64,000 bases of DNA from Eledone cirrhosa (lineage: Eukaryota): contig OZ024743.1 of assembly GCA_964016885.1 (NCBI GenBank), positions 96,968,001-97,032,000 of the forward strand, read 5' to 3'. Each line of letters opens with the position of its first letter. Position 1 is the first letter of the stretch. The position numbers and the translations under genes are program-made. This document shows positions 14,815-26,765 of the stretch, in pieces. Under the pieces are notes generated by a model. That model was not told where the DNA came from. It searched no databases and saw only the letters and a list, made by a program, of their open reading frames with translations.

Positions 14815-15852
14815 TAAACATATCTACACACGATAGCAATTAACAGCGCTGCGATCGAATGGGGCTTTTTAGCCTAGCCAATGATCTAAAATGTCTTGCA
14901 CAGAGTTGGCAACCAAAACATTCACTGGGAATAGCCGGCCGTGGTTGGAGTTCATGTACTTTTGCATGTTGTTTGAGCCCTCTTGCTGATTTATATTCTC
15001 TACCACATGCTTGGCAAGCATGATGAGTAGCATCTCCAACAGCAGCCTGGTAGTCAACCACTGGTCTTACTTTATGACTGCGAAGATGACTTTCGAGTCC
15101 AGCTTTGCTGAGGCAGAGTCTTGCACAAACGCTGCATGTTAGTGCCATAGAAGGACCTTCACTGTCTGGAAATGCAACAGTAATGCACTCCCTCACATCC
15201 CTCTTTACTTTCTTGTATCCGATTTGAGATGCCTCAAAGGCAACTTTTCCCTCATATACAGTCTTTCTCCATTTATTACGATCAGCAGCAACATTTTCCC
15301 ATGTATCAGCAGAGATGTTAGCATCTTTCAAAGAGGCTTTCAAGGAATCCTTATACCTCTTTTTTGGTTATGTGGAGGTCGTTTTCCTTTAACTAACTCT
15401 CCATAAAAGAGTTGTTTTGGTATTCTAGAATCCTTCATCCTGTCAAGGTGACCACTCCAATGGAGTCTTTGCTTAAGCACAAGAGCTTCTATACTGTCAC
15501 ACAAAATCTCGACATCACTGATGTGGTCCCTCCAGTGAACGCCATGGATCCATCTGAGACACATCTGATGGAAACGCTCCAATTGCTTAAGGTGGTGTCG
15601 ATATGTGACGCAGGTCTCGCAGGCATAAAGAAGAGAAGAGAGCACACATGCCTTGTATACCTTTACCTTTGTCTTCTTGCATATGTCTCGCCGACCCCAG
15701 AGTCGCCTTTCTAGTTTTCTGAAAGCATCACTTGTTTTCCTAATCCTGAGTGGGATTTCATTATCAAGGTTGCTGTATCGATTGACAGTGCTTCCCAGGT
15801 AGACAAACTGATCAACCCCTCCAAGTTGTTTACCATATACATAGATATTTGG
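14670..15852 (-). mobile_element. RTE-clade LINE 3' fragment with three C-terminal C2H2 zinc fingers (frameshifted)
   Basis: VDQFVYLGS..., LLYACETCVTYRHHLKQLERFHQMCLR, QRLHWSGHLDRMKDSRIPKQLFYGEL, then CSVC..H..H, CQAC..H..H and CQLC; hairpin tail CTCGATAACGAG at ~14687-14698. Confidence 0.9.
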
Positions 15853-15887
15853 TTATAGATACATACATACATACATACATACATACA

Positions 15888-16080
15888 TTTATGACTGAAC
15901 TTGGATTTGCGGACAAAGAGCGCAGCTCCCTAATTCATAGTCTACAAATGGCTGCGATAGCTGGCACCTTCAAAATTTGCAAAACATTCTTGTGATTCAA
16001 AGGATGACAATTTCTTTTCTTTTACAACCTTGAAGGTGGCCTGTCAAAAAATATATTCAAAATTAAGAGAAAGAGATATA
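15888..16080 (+). mobile_element. 3' end of an RLE-type (R4/Dong-like) LINE in (TACA)n
   Basis: 15891-15995 translates MTELGFADKERSSLIHSLQMAAIAGTFKICKTFL*, homologous to the C-terminus of the 16213 ORF. Confidence 0.7.
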
Positions 16081-16181
16081 GATACATACATACATGTGTA
16101 CATACATTTATAGATACATCCATACATATGTACATACATACATATATAGATACATACATACATAATACATACATACATACA

Positions 16182-16212
<31 letters not shown>

Positions 16213-16857
16213 GTGGAAGATATCCATGTACATAATATGAAAGAGTACTGGTGGAATGTTCCAGTAAAAATCCCAATAAAATGCAAGCATAACAGACCAG
16301 ATATTATGATATGGGACAGGGAGAAGAAAACATGCACAGTAGTGGAAATTAGCTGCCCAGCAGAGGCCAATATAATATCAAAGATTAGTGAAAAGGAGAA
16401 TATTTATGCAGAACTGATGAGAAATCTGCAGATACTCCACCCTGATTACACCTTCAGATTTATGCCTGTGATTATTGGGGCACTGGGATATGTTAGTAAC
16501 TGCCTCAATACAAATCTTGAGAAGCTAGGCTTCACAGGAACAGAAAGAACAGAACTAGTTAGGAAATTACAAGTACAATCCATTAATGGAACAGTAAAAA
16601 TATGTAAAACATTCCAAAAATGTTGCATCTAATAACTGTATATACACATGTACAGATACAAAGCATATATACATGCACACATACAACTCAAAACATACAC
16701 ATCCACACATACAATAACATCCATATCTACACATGCAGACATACATATCTACCTAGTTGATGTTGTGTAAATTCCAATGAAAGAGTCTTGTGTCTATGTT
16801 AGAAACTGACTCTCTCTCTATTGGGAAATATTTGTGAAATTATAAAACCAGAAGAAC
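16213..16857 (+). mobile_element. RLE-type (R4/Dong-like) LINE 3' fragment; restriction-like endonuclease domain at 16213-16632
   Basis: HNRPDIMIWD...VVEISCP...K..EK..Y..L...PVIIGALG is a PD-(D/E)xK RLE motif; flanked by (TACA)n. Confidence 0.88.
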
Positions 16858-17153
16858 ATACATACATACATACATATATAGATACATACATACATAATAC
16901 ATACACACATACATATATATATATATACATACATACATAAAGAGTAATAATACACACTTCTGTACTGAAGAAACATGTACAGTCATTACATGAGTACAAG
17001 TATATCCCCATGTACACCTACATATACACACATACTAACTGACACACATATTAACAAATTACTGTAACAGTCTTGATTCAAATAAAAAAAAATGTTGTTG
17101 CTTTGTTATTGACTGGGTAACTTAATGTGCAAACAAAAAACATACATCATCTC

Positions 17154-17247
<94 letters not shown>

Positions 17248-17250
<3 letters not shown>

Positions 17251-18005
17251 AAAGTATATATTGAGTCCCTTGACTCACAGTAGTCCCTTATAATTAAAAT
17301 AGCTCAAGGAAAATATTTTCCAATCCTTATAATAAAGAGAGACAAACACAGATATATACATATAAGCATTCAAATCACAAGGGATGTAGACCGCCAGGGT
17401 GAAGAAAATACTGACTAAAGATAATTCGGTTCACAAAACTCAATTAAAAGGATAAATTAAGATTTACAAACTGATTACGATAACTATCAACATCCAGACA
17501 GTTTTGGGTAGAACTGTTTCGCAATGGAGAGAGTTAAAGGTCCAATGGTCTTCAGTGGATGTTCGGATCAGTAATCTCACCACTACTAAATTCCTTAGAA
17601 GACTAAATATTACACATGTGTTAAGAGAGAAAACACACACATGTGGTATCAAGGGCCTAGAGGTTTAATAGAACGTAAGCTACTATAAAATAACAGCCAG
17701 TTCAATTCAACATATTAAAAGCTCAACAAAAGAGTAGGAGCTCAATTTATCAAAAGTATCAAAAACTCACAATACTCCCTTATAATTAAAATAGCTGAAG
17801 AAAAAAATATTCCGAGCCTTATAATACAATAAATGACTGTTGATAGTTACCATATTCGGTTTGTAAATCTTAATTTATCCTTTTAATTGAGTCTTGCAAA
17901 CTGTATTATCTTTAGTCAGCATTTTCTTCACCCTGCGAGTTATGTCCCTTGTGATTTAAACATATATATGTATATATGTGTTTGTCTCTCTTTATTATAT
18001 ATAAG
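17248..18005 (-). mobile_element. Non-coding PLE-type element P5 with direct and inverted terminal repeats
   Basis: Direct repeat ~17248-17335 and ~17749-17825; inverted repeat ~17325-17473 and ~17859-18006; internal HHR; begins at (TA)n. Confidence 0.65.
17489..17563 (-). ncRNA. Type I hammerhead ribozyme with true stem III and GUC site
   Basis: AACATCCA-CTGAAGA-CCATTGGA[12 nt]TCCATTGC-GAAA-CAGTT[CTACCCAA]AACTG-TC-TGGATGTT; 8-bp stem I; two mismatches in stem II. Confidence 0.85.
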
Positions 18006-18318
18006 GTACAAGCTGAAGCTGAAGCATATAGACAATATGCCCCATCCCCTCCCACTGCAAAATGGTCGTGGAGGTGCCACAGTAAAAAAGCACCCAGCCC
18101 ACACTGTAAAGTGGACGTGTAGGCGCCATGGAAAAAAAGCACCCAGCACTCACTGTAAATGAGGTTAGTGTTAGGAAGGGCATCCAGCTGTAGAAATCAA
18201 GCCAGAATCAGTTCCAGTATGAGCAAGACAAGGTCAGCCAACCGGACACTGCCCACAACAGGACAACCCGTCTAACCCATGTTAGCATGGAAGAACAGAT
18301 GTAAAACGGTGATGATGA
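18005..18318 (+). mobile_element. SINE family A (5'-truncated)
   Basis: Colinear with 170-474. Confidence 0.8.
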
Positions 18319-18438
18319 TATATATATATACATATATATATAGAGAGAGAGATGAATGTGTATATGGATGTATGTTTTTTTGTTTGCAAATTAAGTTAAC
18401 TGGTCGATAATAAAGCAACAAAATATATATAATGAAAC

Positions 18439-18619
18439 ATTCGAGACCCCAACTGCTGAGCTCCTGCCATTTCAACAGCTAGACCTGAACGGATGTAGCA
18501 AGTTGAAATAGCAGAAGCTCAGCTGTCAGGGTCTCGAATTATTCATTTTATTCACTCTATTATCCCTAGTATCGAGTACTCTCATGAGTAATAGTCTAAT
18601 GGATTTTATCGTTTCTATT

Positions 18620-18620
<1 letters not shown>
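18439..18620 (+). mobile_element. Fold-back element, family P4, with an HHR 3' half
   Basis: Hairpin 18439-18539; GAAA-TAGC-AGAAGCTCA-GCTG-TC; shares AGTATCGAGTACTCTC with 11953-11968 in reverse. Confidence 0.6.
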
Positions 18621-18652
<32 letters not shown>

Positions 18653-19149
18653 GTGTATGTATATATATATACACACCCATTCATATAAACATAAGTATGT
18701 ACATATATGCATACATACACTCTCAGAGAGATATCTTAAAAAACATACTCACATACAAACACACCTGCAAATGCTCATACAAAGTTCTCATACTTTCACA
18801 CACAACCACACACCACTCACAATCTCATGCATACATACACATCTTTCATGTGATACAAACTGATGAAGATATGTTTATGTCATATGAGAAGGCAAATGAT
18901 TTATTATTGATTAAAAGATTGTAATTGTAATCAGAGAAAATTGTATTTGTTTTTTTTTTTGTAGCTATTGTTGTTGCTGATGTTGTTGTTATTATCATTA
19001 TTATTGAATTTAATTTCACACTAAAAACCATGGTTGTGTGATCGGGTAGATGGAAAAGCTTCATCTCAATTATCAGTTTCTAGATTATGAATCATCATCA
19101 TCATCATCCTCGTTTAACGTCCATTTTCCATGCTAGCATGGGTCTGGAT

Positions 19150-19512
19150 AACAATGATAATTGTGAAAATGATTGCGTCCAGTGCTCAGGTGCACTACAA
19201 CTCATCAAAGGTGCATGTATAGTACATAGAGTAATGTAGAAATATCAGGGAAGTGGACGGTGTATGAGTCATGATATACACACAGATACGTGCGTGTGTA
19301 TGGAGGGGGACTATCAGGTATAGTGTTGGCAAATTTCGGGCAGCATGGAAATTTTGAAGGATGCAGTATCCCAACAGCTAACAATGGATGCAGGTAGTTT
19401 GTTCCATGCTTCAGCAACTCTGAGCATGAAAAGATGTTTCAGAAAGTCATAGGAGCTGTACTGTTTTCTGACTTTGTAAGCATGACCACGGGTGTTAGAC
19501 AAATTGAATAGA
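19150..19512 (-). mobile_element. CR1-type LINE 3' end
   Basis: SNTRGHAYKVRKQ...KHLFMLRVAEAWNKLPASIV matches the CR1 ORF2 C-terminal TRGH..K..FF..RV...WN.LP motif. Confidence 0.8.
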
Positions 19513-19912
19513 TTATATATATGTGTGTGTGTGTGTATGTATATATATTTATATATATGCTTATACCAACGTACACACATATGAAATGCATATGTATATC
19601 AATATATACTGTAATGTTGATCAGCATTATATAAGTATTGAGAACTCGATAAAATGTAAAGTAATAATATTTTACTGATACAGTTTAAACGATGAATGTA
19701 ATTTGTTACTTAATGTTTAATGATCCACCAGATAAATGACAATAATATCCTGAAATTATTATGAAGCAAAAGGTTCATTCAGACAAAAAATTGATTCAAA
19801 TTCCACATATCTGCCATTTAGAAGGATGGCTATTTCTTTTCATGCACTTTTTGAAAATATTGGTAGGAAGATACCTCATACTTAAATTTTGGAGATTGTA
19901 TCCCTAATATAT

Positions 19913-20002
<90 letters not shown>

Positions 20003-20009
<7 letters not shown>

Positions 20010-20224
20010 ATGTAAGCTATCGCCGTATTTTGACTAAAGAAATTAAAGAAAATTATTTAGCCTGATAGTGGGGTTCAGAACCCTCGGAGAAATGGAAAAA
20101 GATGAATATTGATGTCAATACTCATCTTTTTCCATTTCTCCGAGGGTTCTGAACCCCACTATCAGGCTAAATAATTTTCTTTAATTTCTTTAGTCAAAAT
20201 ACGGCGATAGCTTACATTTATAAT
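20003..20224. repeat. Near-perfect palindrome with ~110-bp arms, inside (TA)n
   Basis: Centre TATTGA TG TCAATA at ~20113; one mismatch seen. Confidence 0.93.
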
Positions 20225-20284
20225 TTCAAACTCGCTCGCTGTTTCGAAAATATTCTTACTATATTTATATATATATATATATAT

Positions 20285-20771
20285 ATAATTTCAAAGAACA
20301 AAATCAGAAGAGAGCTCAATAAGGATTGTATATATATATATATATATATAAAAATATAAACCCGTAGAGCAAATATTTATTATTAGTATAGATTGATGTT
20401 TAAGCAAGGAATTTCTGCTTTCAGAAGATCCCGTAATAGGGTGAAAGCATAAATTATTTGCTTAAACGTTAATCTGTAGTAATGATATATATATATATAT
20501 ATTATAATAAAAGATCAGAGGCCATATTCAGTTGACTCAGGTCTACCCAAACCTTTGTTACACAGACTTCACTGAGGACCATCGGTCATGATAGCTTGAG
20601 CTCTCCAGATGGCAAAACCGAAAATAAACATTGAATGTTCCAAAGATCTCTTTAAATTTTGAAAAATCCAACAAACTTCTCGAAAAAAATGTTCCCATCA
20701 TGAGACTGAACGCGTGGCACTGTTTTTTCGACGGCTGGCCCCTGTATATGTATATATATATGTGGGTATAC

Positions 20772-20815
<44 letters not shown>

Positions 20816-21591
20816 AGTAAGGTTGCTTGGATGGGTCCATAGGCGGTATGCTGGTTGAGCACTCTATGCTTCTTCAGAGCAGAGTATAATAATATGGAAA
20901 ACAAAGAATCAGTGATACATCGGAATACAATTTATTACATAATAAATCATGTTCCGATGTATCACTGATTCTTTGTTTTCCATATTATTATACTCTGCTC
21001 TGAAGAAGCATAGAGTGCTCAACCAGCATACCACCTATGGACCCATCCAAGCAACCTTACTACAAATATATATATATATATATATATATTTATGTATACC
21101 CACATATATATATACATATACAAGGGCCAGCCGTCGAAGAAACAGTGCCACGCGTTCAGTCAGCCCCCTGTATCACGATGGGAACATTTTTTTCGAGAAG
21201 TTTGTTGGATTTTTCAAAATTTAAAGAAATCTTTGGAACATTCAATGTTTGTTTTCGGTTTTGCCATCTGGAGAGCTCAAGCTATCATGACCGATGGTCC
21301 TCAGTGAAGTCTGTGTAACAAAGGTTTGGGTAGACCTGAGTCAACTGAATATGGCCTCTGATCTTTTATTATAATATATATATATATATCATTACTACAG
21401 ATTAACGTTTAAGCAAATAATTTATGCTTTCACCCTATTACGGGATCTTCTGAAAGCAGAAATTCCTTGCTTAAACATCAATCTATACTAATAATAAATA
21501 TTTGCTCTACGGGTTTATATTTATATATATATATATATATATATATACAATCCTTATTGAGCTCTCTTCTGATTTTGTTCTTTGAAATTAT
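20285..21591. repeat. 1.3-kb palindrome containing nested small elements
   Basis: Arms are reverse complements around ATTTATTA CA TAATAAAT (~20938); a few substitutions, one 11-bp indel and TA-length differences. Confidence 0.93.
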
Positions 21592-21667
21592 TATTACTAT
21601 ATTAAATATAGTAATATATATATACAATATTAAATAAATGGAAACTATATTTATAAAACCATATTTA

Positions 21668-21729
21668 TTTCATTATATATATTTCAGGGATAACATATTA
21701 ACAATATGCTATGCCTTCCTCAGATAAAA
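21668..21729 (-). ncRNA. Type I hammerhead ribozyme (P2)
   Basis: TTTTAT-CTGAGGA-AGGCATAGCATATT GTT AATATGTTATCCCT-GAAA-TATATA-TA-ATGAAA, then overlapping AATAAA. Confidence 0.88.
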
Positions 21730-23124
21730 TACAATATAAACAGTTTTATAGATAAATAGATAAATAGATTCGACATACCGTACCAACATCTACTTGCATT
21801 TGAGAAGGTTGATTTGGTTGTGACAAAATTGTACACAGAGAGAAAGAAAGAGAAAGAGAGAAAAAAGAGAGAAGAAAAGGAAAGAAAGACAGAAAACGAA
21901 GAAAAAGAAAAAGAAGAAATGCATGGAACAAAATAGAGAGATGGAAAGATAGATAAAGAGAAGAACTTCATGTAAAGAAACAGAAAGATATATATATATA
22001 GAGAGAGAGGAAATAGAGATAGATACATATATAGAAAGCTAGGTAGTGGAACAACTGTTGAATAACGTATCAATGATACATTTATTTGTTTATTTATTTA
22101 TTTAGCTCTAGTATTAATGTAAGGGAGATATATGGAGGGAAAACCAGCTGTTAAATAGGGAGAGAAAAAATATAGAGAGAGAAAAAAGAGAGAGAGAAAA
22201 TTCAAAAACATCCAGACACAAGCGAGGCGTACAAACCTCTGTTTTAATGTAGAGGTATTAGTAATTACAAAACCAGCCTCTGCATTGTAAATATCAGTAT
22301 TCCTGAATGAGATATGTATCCACAATGTGTGAAAATTAATGATCTTATGTTTAGTTTTTTAAAAAATTCATATGTTTATGTGATAATTACAAACATCTAT
22401 GTGAATGTACATGATCAATTCTGCAAACCCTAAGTTCACGGAAAGTATTCTCAATGCGGTATAAAAATTTAAGTATACATATATGTGTATATAGAGTCAA
22501 TATTACTATTTCTGTCTCTACTCTACAAGATTATCTATCAAGCAAAGATAGAGCAGATTTCAATATACTAATAAAAATAAAAATAAATAAAAATATATCG
22601 GAAACAAAACTAAACTAAAATAACAATAATAATAATAAGTAATAATAAAATAGAAAACTAAGAAATATTACGAAAGAGTATTACATATTAAAAATATTAT
22701 ATATTAAAAAATTTACATATTAAAAATATTAAAAATAAAAAATTAGGAAATACTACAGTAATAAAAATAAAATAAACCACAAAGATCAACCCTTCAAAAT
22801 TAATTGACAATATATTGCCAAGTTCATTATAAACATCAGAGTCGAAAAACAGATAAAGCCAAAAATTATCTATCAAATCGCATCTAGCAAAGATCATTTC
22901 AAAAAGTATAGGATGCCCAATTTGGTCTACATGTGTTCTTATATTTAATATAGAAGTTTATCTAGTGTAACGTTTATTCGAAATATTTGGAGCATCAACT
23001 TTTAGGATAGTTTAATTTTTCATGAAGAATGTTTAAATAAATAAAATAAAAATAAAAAGAGTAAAAAGAGAATCAAAGATTTATCGGCTAGTTTCCCATA
23101 TAATTATAAATCAAACTAAATATA

Positions 23125-23721
23125 CTACATTTTAAATTTAAATTTATATTTAAACGTTGAGTTTAATCTATGTTTGCAACAACTGAATAAATTTGTCCGT
23201 AGATTAAGGGAATTTTTAGATTTTAGTATAAAGAATATCTCCTCTGCGCAGAGGTCACATGTCTCAGAGGATGAATTAAAAGGAATCCCTCTTGAGACTA
23301 TATTCCAAGCCGTCGAATATCTAACGTTATCTAGCTTAAGTTGCCATAGTACGCCTGATAGTGCCGTTGAAGATTTTTTACTTGGATCTGTGAAAGAATT
23401 CTTGTGGTTATTATAGCGAAGTTTAAATTCCGTCGATGTGGAACCGACGTAGTTAAAAGAATTAGAGTCAGTATTAACATTACAATTGTATACTATATTT
23501 TTAACTAAGCAGTTGTTATTTAACGGACATTTAGATCTATCTCTACAGTTACATTTGTTAACTTGTATATTATTTATGCTGTTATCACTAGGTTTTAAGT
23601 TCCTATTATTTATTCTATTGATATTTTGTGCTAAATTTTTGGTGGATGAGTAAGTTAATTTAATTGTATGTCTATTGAAAATTGAGTGATATCTATGTGT
23701 TCTAGGGAAGCGATTATCATC
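23125..23721 (-). pseudogene. PLE ORF fragment, uninterrupted linker plus GIY-YIG endonuclease
   Basis: 198 aa: RFPRTHRYHSIFNRHTIKLTYS...CNCRDRSKCPLNNNCLVKNIVYNC...YVGSTSTEFKLRYNNHKNSF...TALSGVLWQLK...CDLCAEE...NLRTNLFSCCKH; missed by the ORF track. Confidence 0.92.
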
Positions 23722-23815
23722 GTAATATATATATATATATTTAAGATTTAGTTAGTAATATACATTACATCTCAATGAATAATATCGCTTAGAATATAAT
23801 TCAGAGAAACTTATA

Positions 23816-24021
23816 AATACAAATATAGAACCATCTGGATTAAGGTTCAGAATTGACTACAGGGAAAATCGCAGTAAAGTACTTTAAAATAAAGAACCTC
23901 ACCAGCACATCCCTAGAGGCAAATAATTCTGATAATGAACATTTTACATCTTAGAGTGCTTTATAGCAATCTTCCCTGTAGTCATTTCTGAGCCTTAATC
24001 GAGATGGTTCTATATTTGTAT
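23816..24021. repeat. Diverged inverted repeat with ~75-bp arms
   Basis: TACAAATATAGAACCATCTGGATTAAGG...ACAGGGAA versus TTCCCTGTAG...CCTTAATCGAGATGGTTCTATATTTGTA. Confidence 0.8.
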
Positions 24022-24546
24022 ATGTATATATATATATATATATTTAATTATTAATATAATAATTAAATAGCTCTGTAGCATACATAGAGCACTCTCCCTT
24101 CCTTTACCCTTTCTATGGAAATACTTCATATATATATATATATATATAATAAGGATTTAGATCGATATCCAATTTATAAATATATATATGCATTATGTCA
24201 TGTACAAAATAAAAATTAATTTGCTTTTGTACTGAAAATGGAGTCAATGTTTCACTCTGAGTGTCTCAAATTAATTAGAACTTTGAGAGAGTCACAGAAC
24301 TAATTGTCATTACAGAAAAAGGAATTTTATTTTACTATAATACACCAGTATTACTGTCCTAATTAAAATTTGTGTTTCCTATTGTTTCAATGAATATGCA
24401 CGTTCTAACACACACACATATATCATCATCATCATCGTTTAACGTCCATCTTCCACGCTTGCATGGGTTTGTATATATATATATATATGTGTGTGGAAAA
24501 GTAAGAAATAGGAGAACAGACCATTAATACATGTTTATTTAAAACA

Positions 24547-24586
24547 GCACCTACGTACGTTTCACCCGGATGGGCTTCTCAAGAGC
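24547..24586 (-). ncRNA. Degenerate minimal hammerhead-like motif
   Basis: GCTC-TTGAGAA-GCCC ATCC GGGT-GAAA-CGTACG-TA-GGTGC, then AATAAA; the 5' core is non-canonical. Confidence 0.5.
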
Positions 24587-24750
24587 ATAAATAACTAAAA
24601 AGTGTTCCTTACATGGCTCGGAAAATGTTTTTGGAGATAAGTTCACGTCACCTTCATGCACCTTCTGCATATGCTATTTGGCAAATAACTACATGTATCA
24701 CCTATCTCTCCTTTTCTATCTCTCGATATGTAAATAATCTCTATATATAT

Positions 24751-25090
24751 GAGGCACATGGCTTAGTGGTTAGAGCATTGGCCTTGCAATCAAAAGGTTG
24801 TGAGTTCAATTCTCAGACCGAGTGATGTGTTGTTTCCTTGAGCAAGACACGTTATTTCACGTTGCTCCAGTTTACTCAGCTGTAGAAATGAGATGATAGG
24901 AACTGGGTTCCCTATCATTCCACTGAAAAGTGGACGTGTAGGTGCCACGGCAAAAAAGCACCCAGCACTCACTGTAAATGAGGTTGGTGTTAGGAAGGGC
25001 ATCCAGCTGTAGAAATCAAGCCAGAATCAGTTCCTGTCCCACCCTTGCAAGCAGGGAAAAGTGGACGTAAAATGAAATGATGATGATGAT
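24751..25090 (+). mobile_element. Full-length SINE family A
   Basis: A-box TGGCTTAGTGG and B-box GAGTTCAATTC; colinear with 11166-11553 but one internal subrepeat shorter. Confidence 0.85.
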
Positions 25091-25389
25091 ATATATATAT
25101 ATGTATGTATATATATATACAGGATGGACCCTCCCATCATATATCAATATATGAAGGTTCAACAATCTTCTCAGTTTAATTATTTATGTTTATGCCTTAA
25201 ATGGCAATGTAGTCCAGTTGCTGATTTACACATAAAGCTGCATTTAGTGCACATGACCAGATTTTGAGGGGAGCAGGATGAACTGTTTGATCAGATCTTG
25301 GTGGTAGATCTTAGATTACAAAGATGGACAAGACGAGATTTTTTAAAGTTCTTTATACCTTCTTGTTAGACGGTTCTCCCTTTTCCAGG

Positions 25390-25925
25390 GTCAGCAGCTA
25401 GGGCTTACAAAAATAAGAGGTATGAACACTGATTTAAGATTGTACTTTAATTTGTCTTTATATCTGAATAGTAGTCTGCCTACATTACGTGCACCAATAT
25501 AAAGTTGACTGTGTAACAGTTCCTTGGATGTGTGGTCCTCAGTCATCTGTAGGACATGATCAGTCCATCTGAGTTGGGATTGCATCAGAAATGACTCAAT
25601 TCCACCAGTGTTGCACCTCGTTAAGAAATCGACATTGGAAATTCTGTCGGAAATTGCATAACCACAGATAGAGTGAAGGCAATATTTGTGGAAGACATCA
25701 AGCTTATAAGTACGAGTCCAATAAAGTGTCCATGACTCCGAGACATATAAGAGTGTGGTCAGTACTGCTGCATGATAAGTTGCAGCTTTCGTTTCCAGGG
25801 TTATAATTCTGACACCTCATAGATGATGATGTAGGTTGCTAAAGTTATCAGTTGTTTAGAGATATGATTTTTGATCTCATCATCCAGAGATGGAGAGCAG
25901 TTCACTTTGCTGCCAAGGTAAGTAC
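25390..25925 (-). mobile_element. Degenerate RTE LINE fragment
   Basis: YLGS..., LDVFHKYCL, ISNVDFLTRCNTGGIESFLMQSQLRWTDHVLQM...GARNVGRLLFRYKDKLK. Confidence 0.8.
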
Positions 25926-26127
25926 ATTATATACATACATATATAATTAGAATTTTCCACTCAAGGAAAGTCTGGAATTGTTGATGCTGAAATTCATCAC
26001 CCTTGAATTACTGGTATAGTTTCACAGGTGCATTAAAATTGTATCACTGTGCTCTGTGCCACCCATATACTGAATATTGTTTTCCCCTTTCACACAACCA
26101 AACTTATATATATATATGTGCACGTGC

Positions 26128-26254
<127 letters not shown>

Positions 26255-26765
26255 AAATGGTGTATATATATATTATCAAATGATTCTATGGACAGACTTT
26301 AAGTATGTCCATATATATATATTTCTTCACCAAACATCAAATTATGCAACAAGCATAACTATGTTTATCATGTTTAACTCTGCTCAAGAATTATCTGCAC
26401 AATACACAAGACTATACACATTACTATAAACCATAATCGACTTCACCAATTGGATTATTTTGAAGATAAAATCAAAAAAGACAAAAAGAAGATTATAAAC
26501 AATGTTGTGTACCATAGAAACAAGGCCAAAACTAAGTAAAAAAAAAAAAAAAGAACGAGAAAACAAAAACAAAAAAATATTCACAATTGACTTCTGAATA
26601 AAATATTTCAGTCTATTACTGGTACTTATATCTTTTTAACTCCAGAAGGGTGAGTGATATTTCAATTCAGAATGTAGCATGACACCAGTGTAAAATGTCC
26701 GAAGACAATTGTATCAAGACATCAAGTGTACCAAGATCCCTGGCTTCAGAAACAATTATTAGACT

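Larger units (their letters stand above)
21600..23721 (-). mobile_element. Penelope-like retroelement P2 (Naiad-type), 5'-truncated
   Basis: GIY-YIG reading frame, ~1.4-kb 3' non-coding region and terminal HHR; TA-rich flanks. Confidence 0.9.

Noticed and set aside
14846-15130. Host C2H2 zinc-finger gene
   Set aside because: Fingers are contiguous with a frameshifted RTE reverse transcriptase C-terminus
24751-24825. tRNA gene (also the heads at 11166, 6716, 33336 and 39353)
   Set aside because: tRNA-derived SINE heads with no intact cloverleaf, continuing into SINE body
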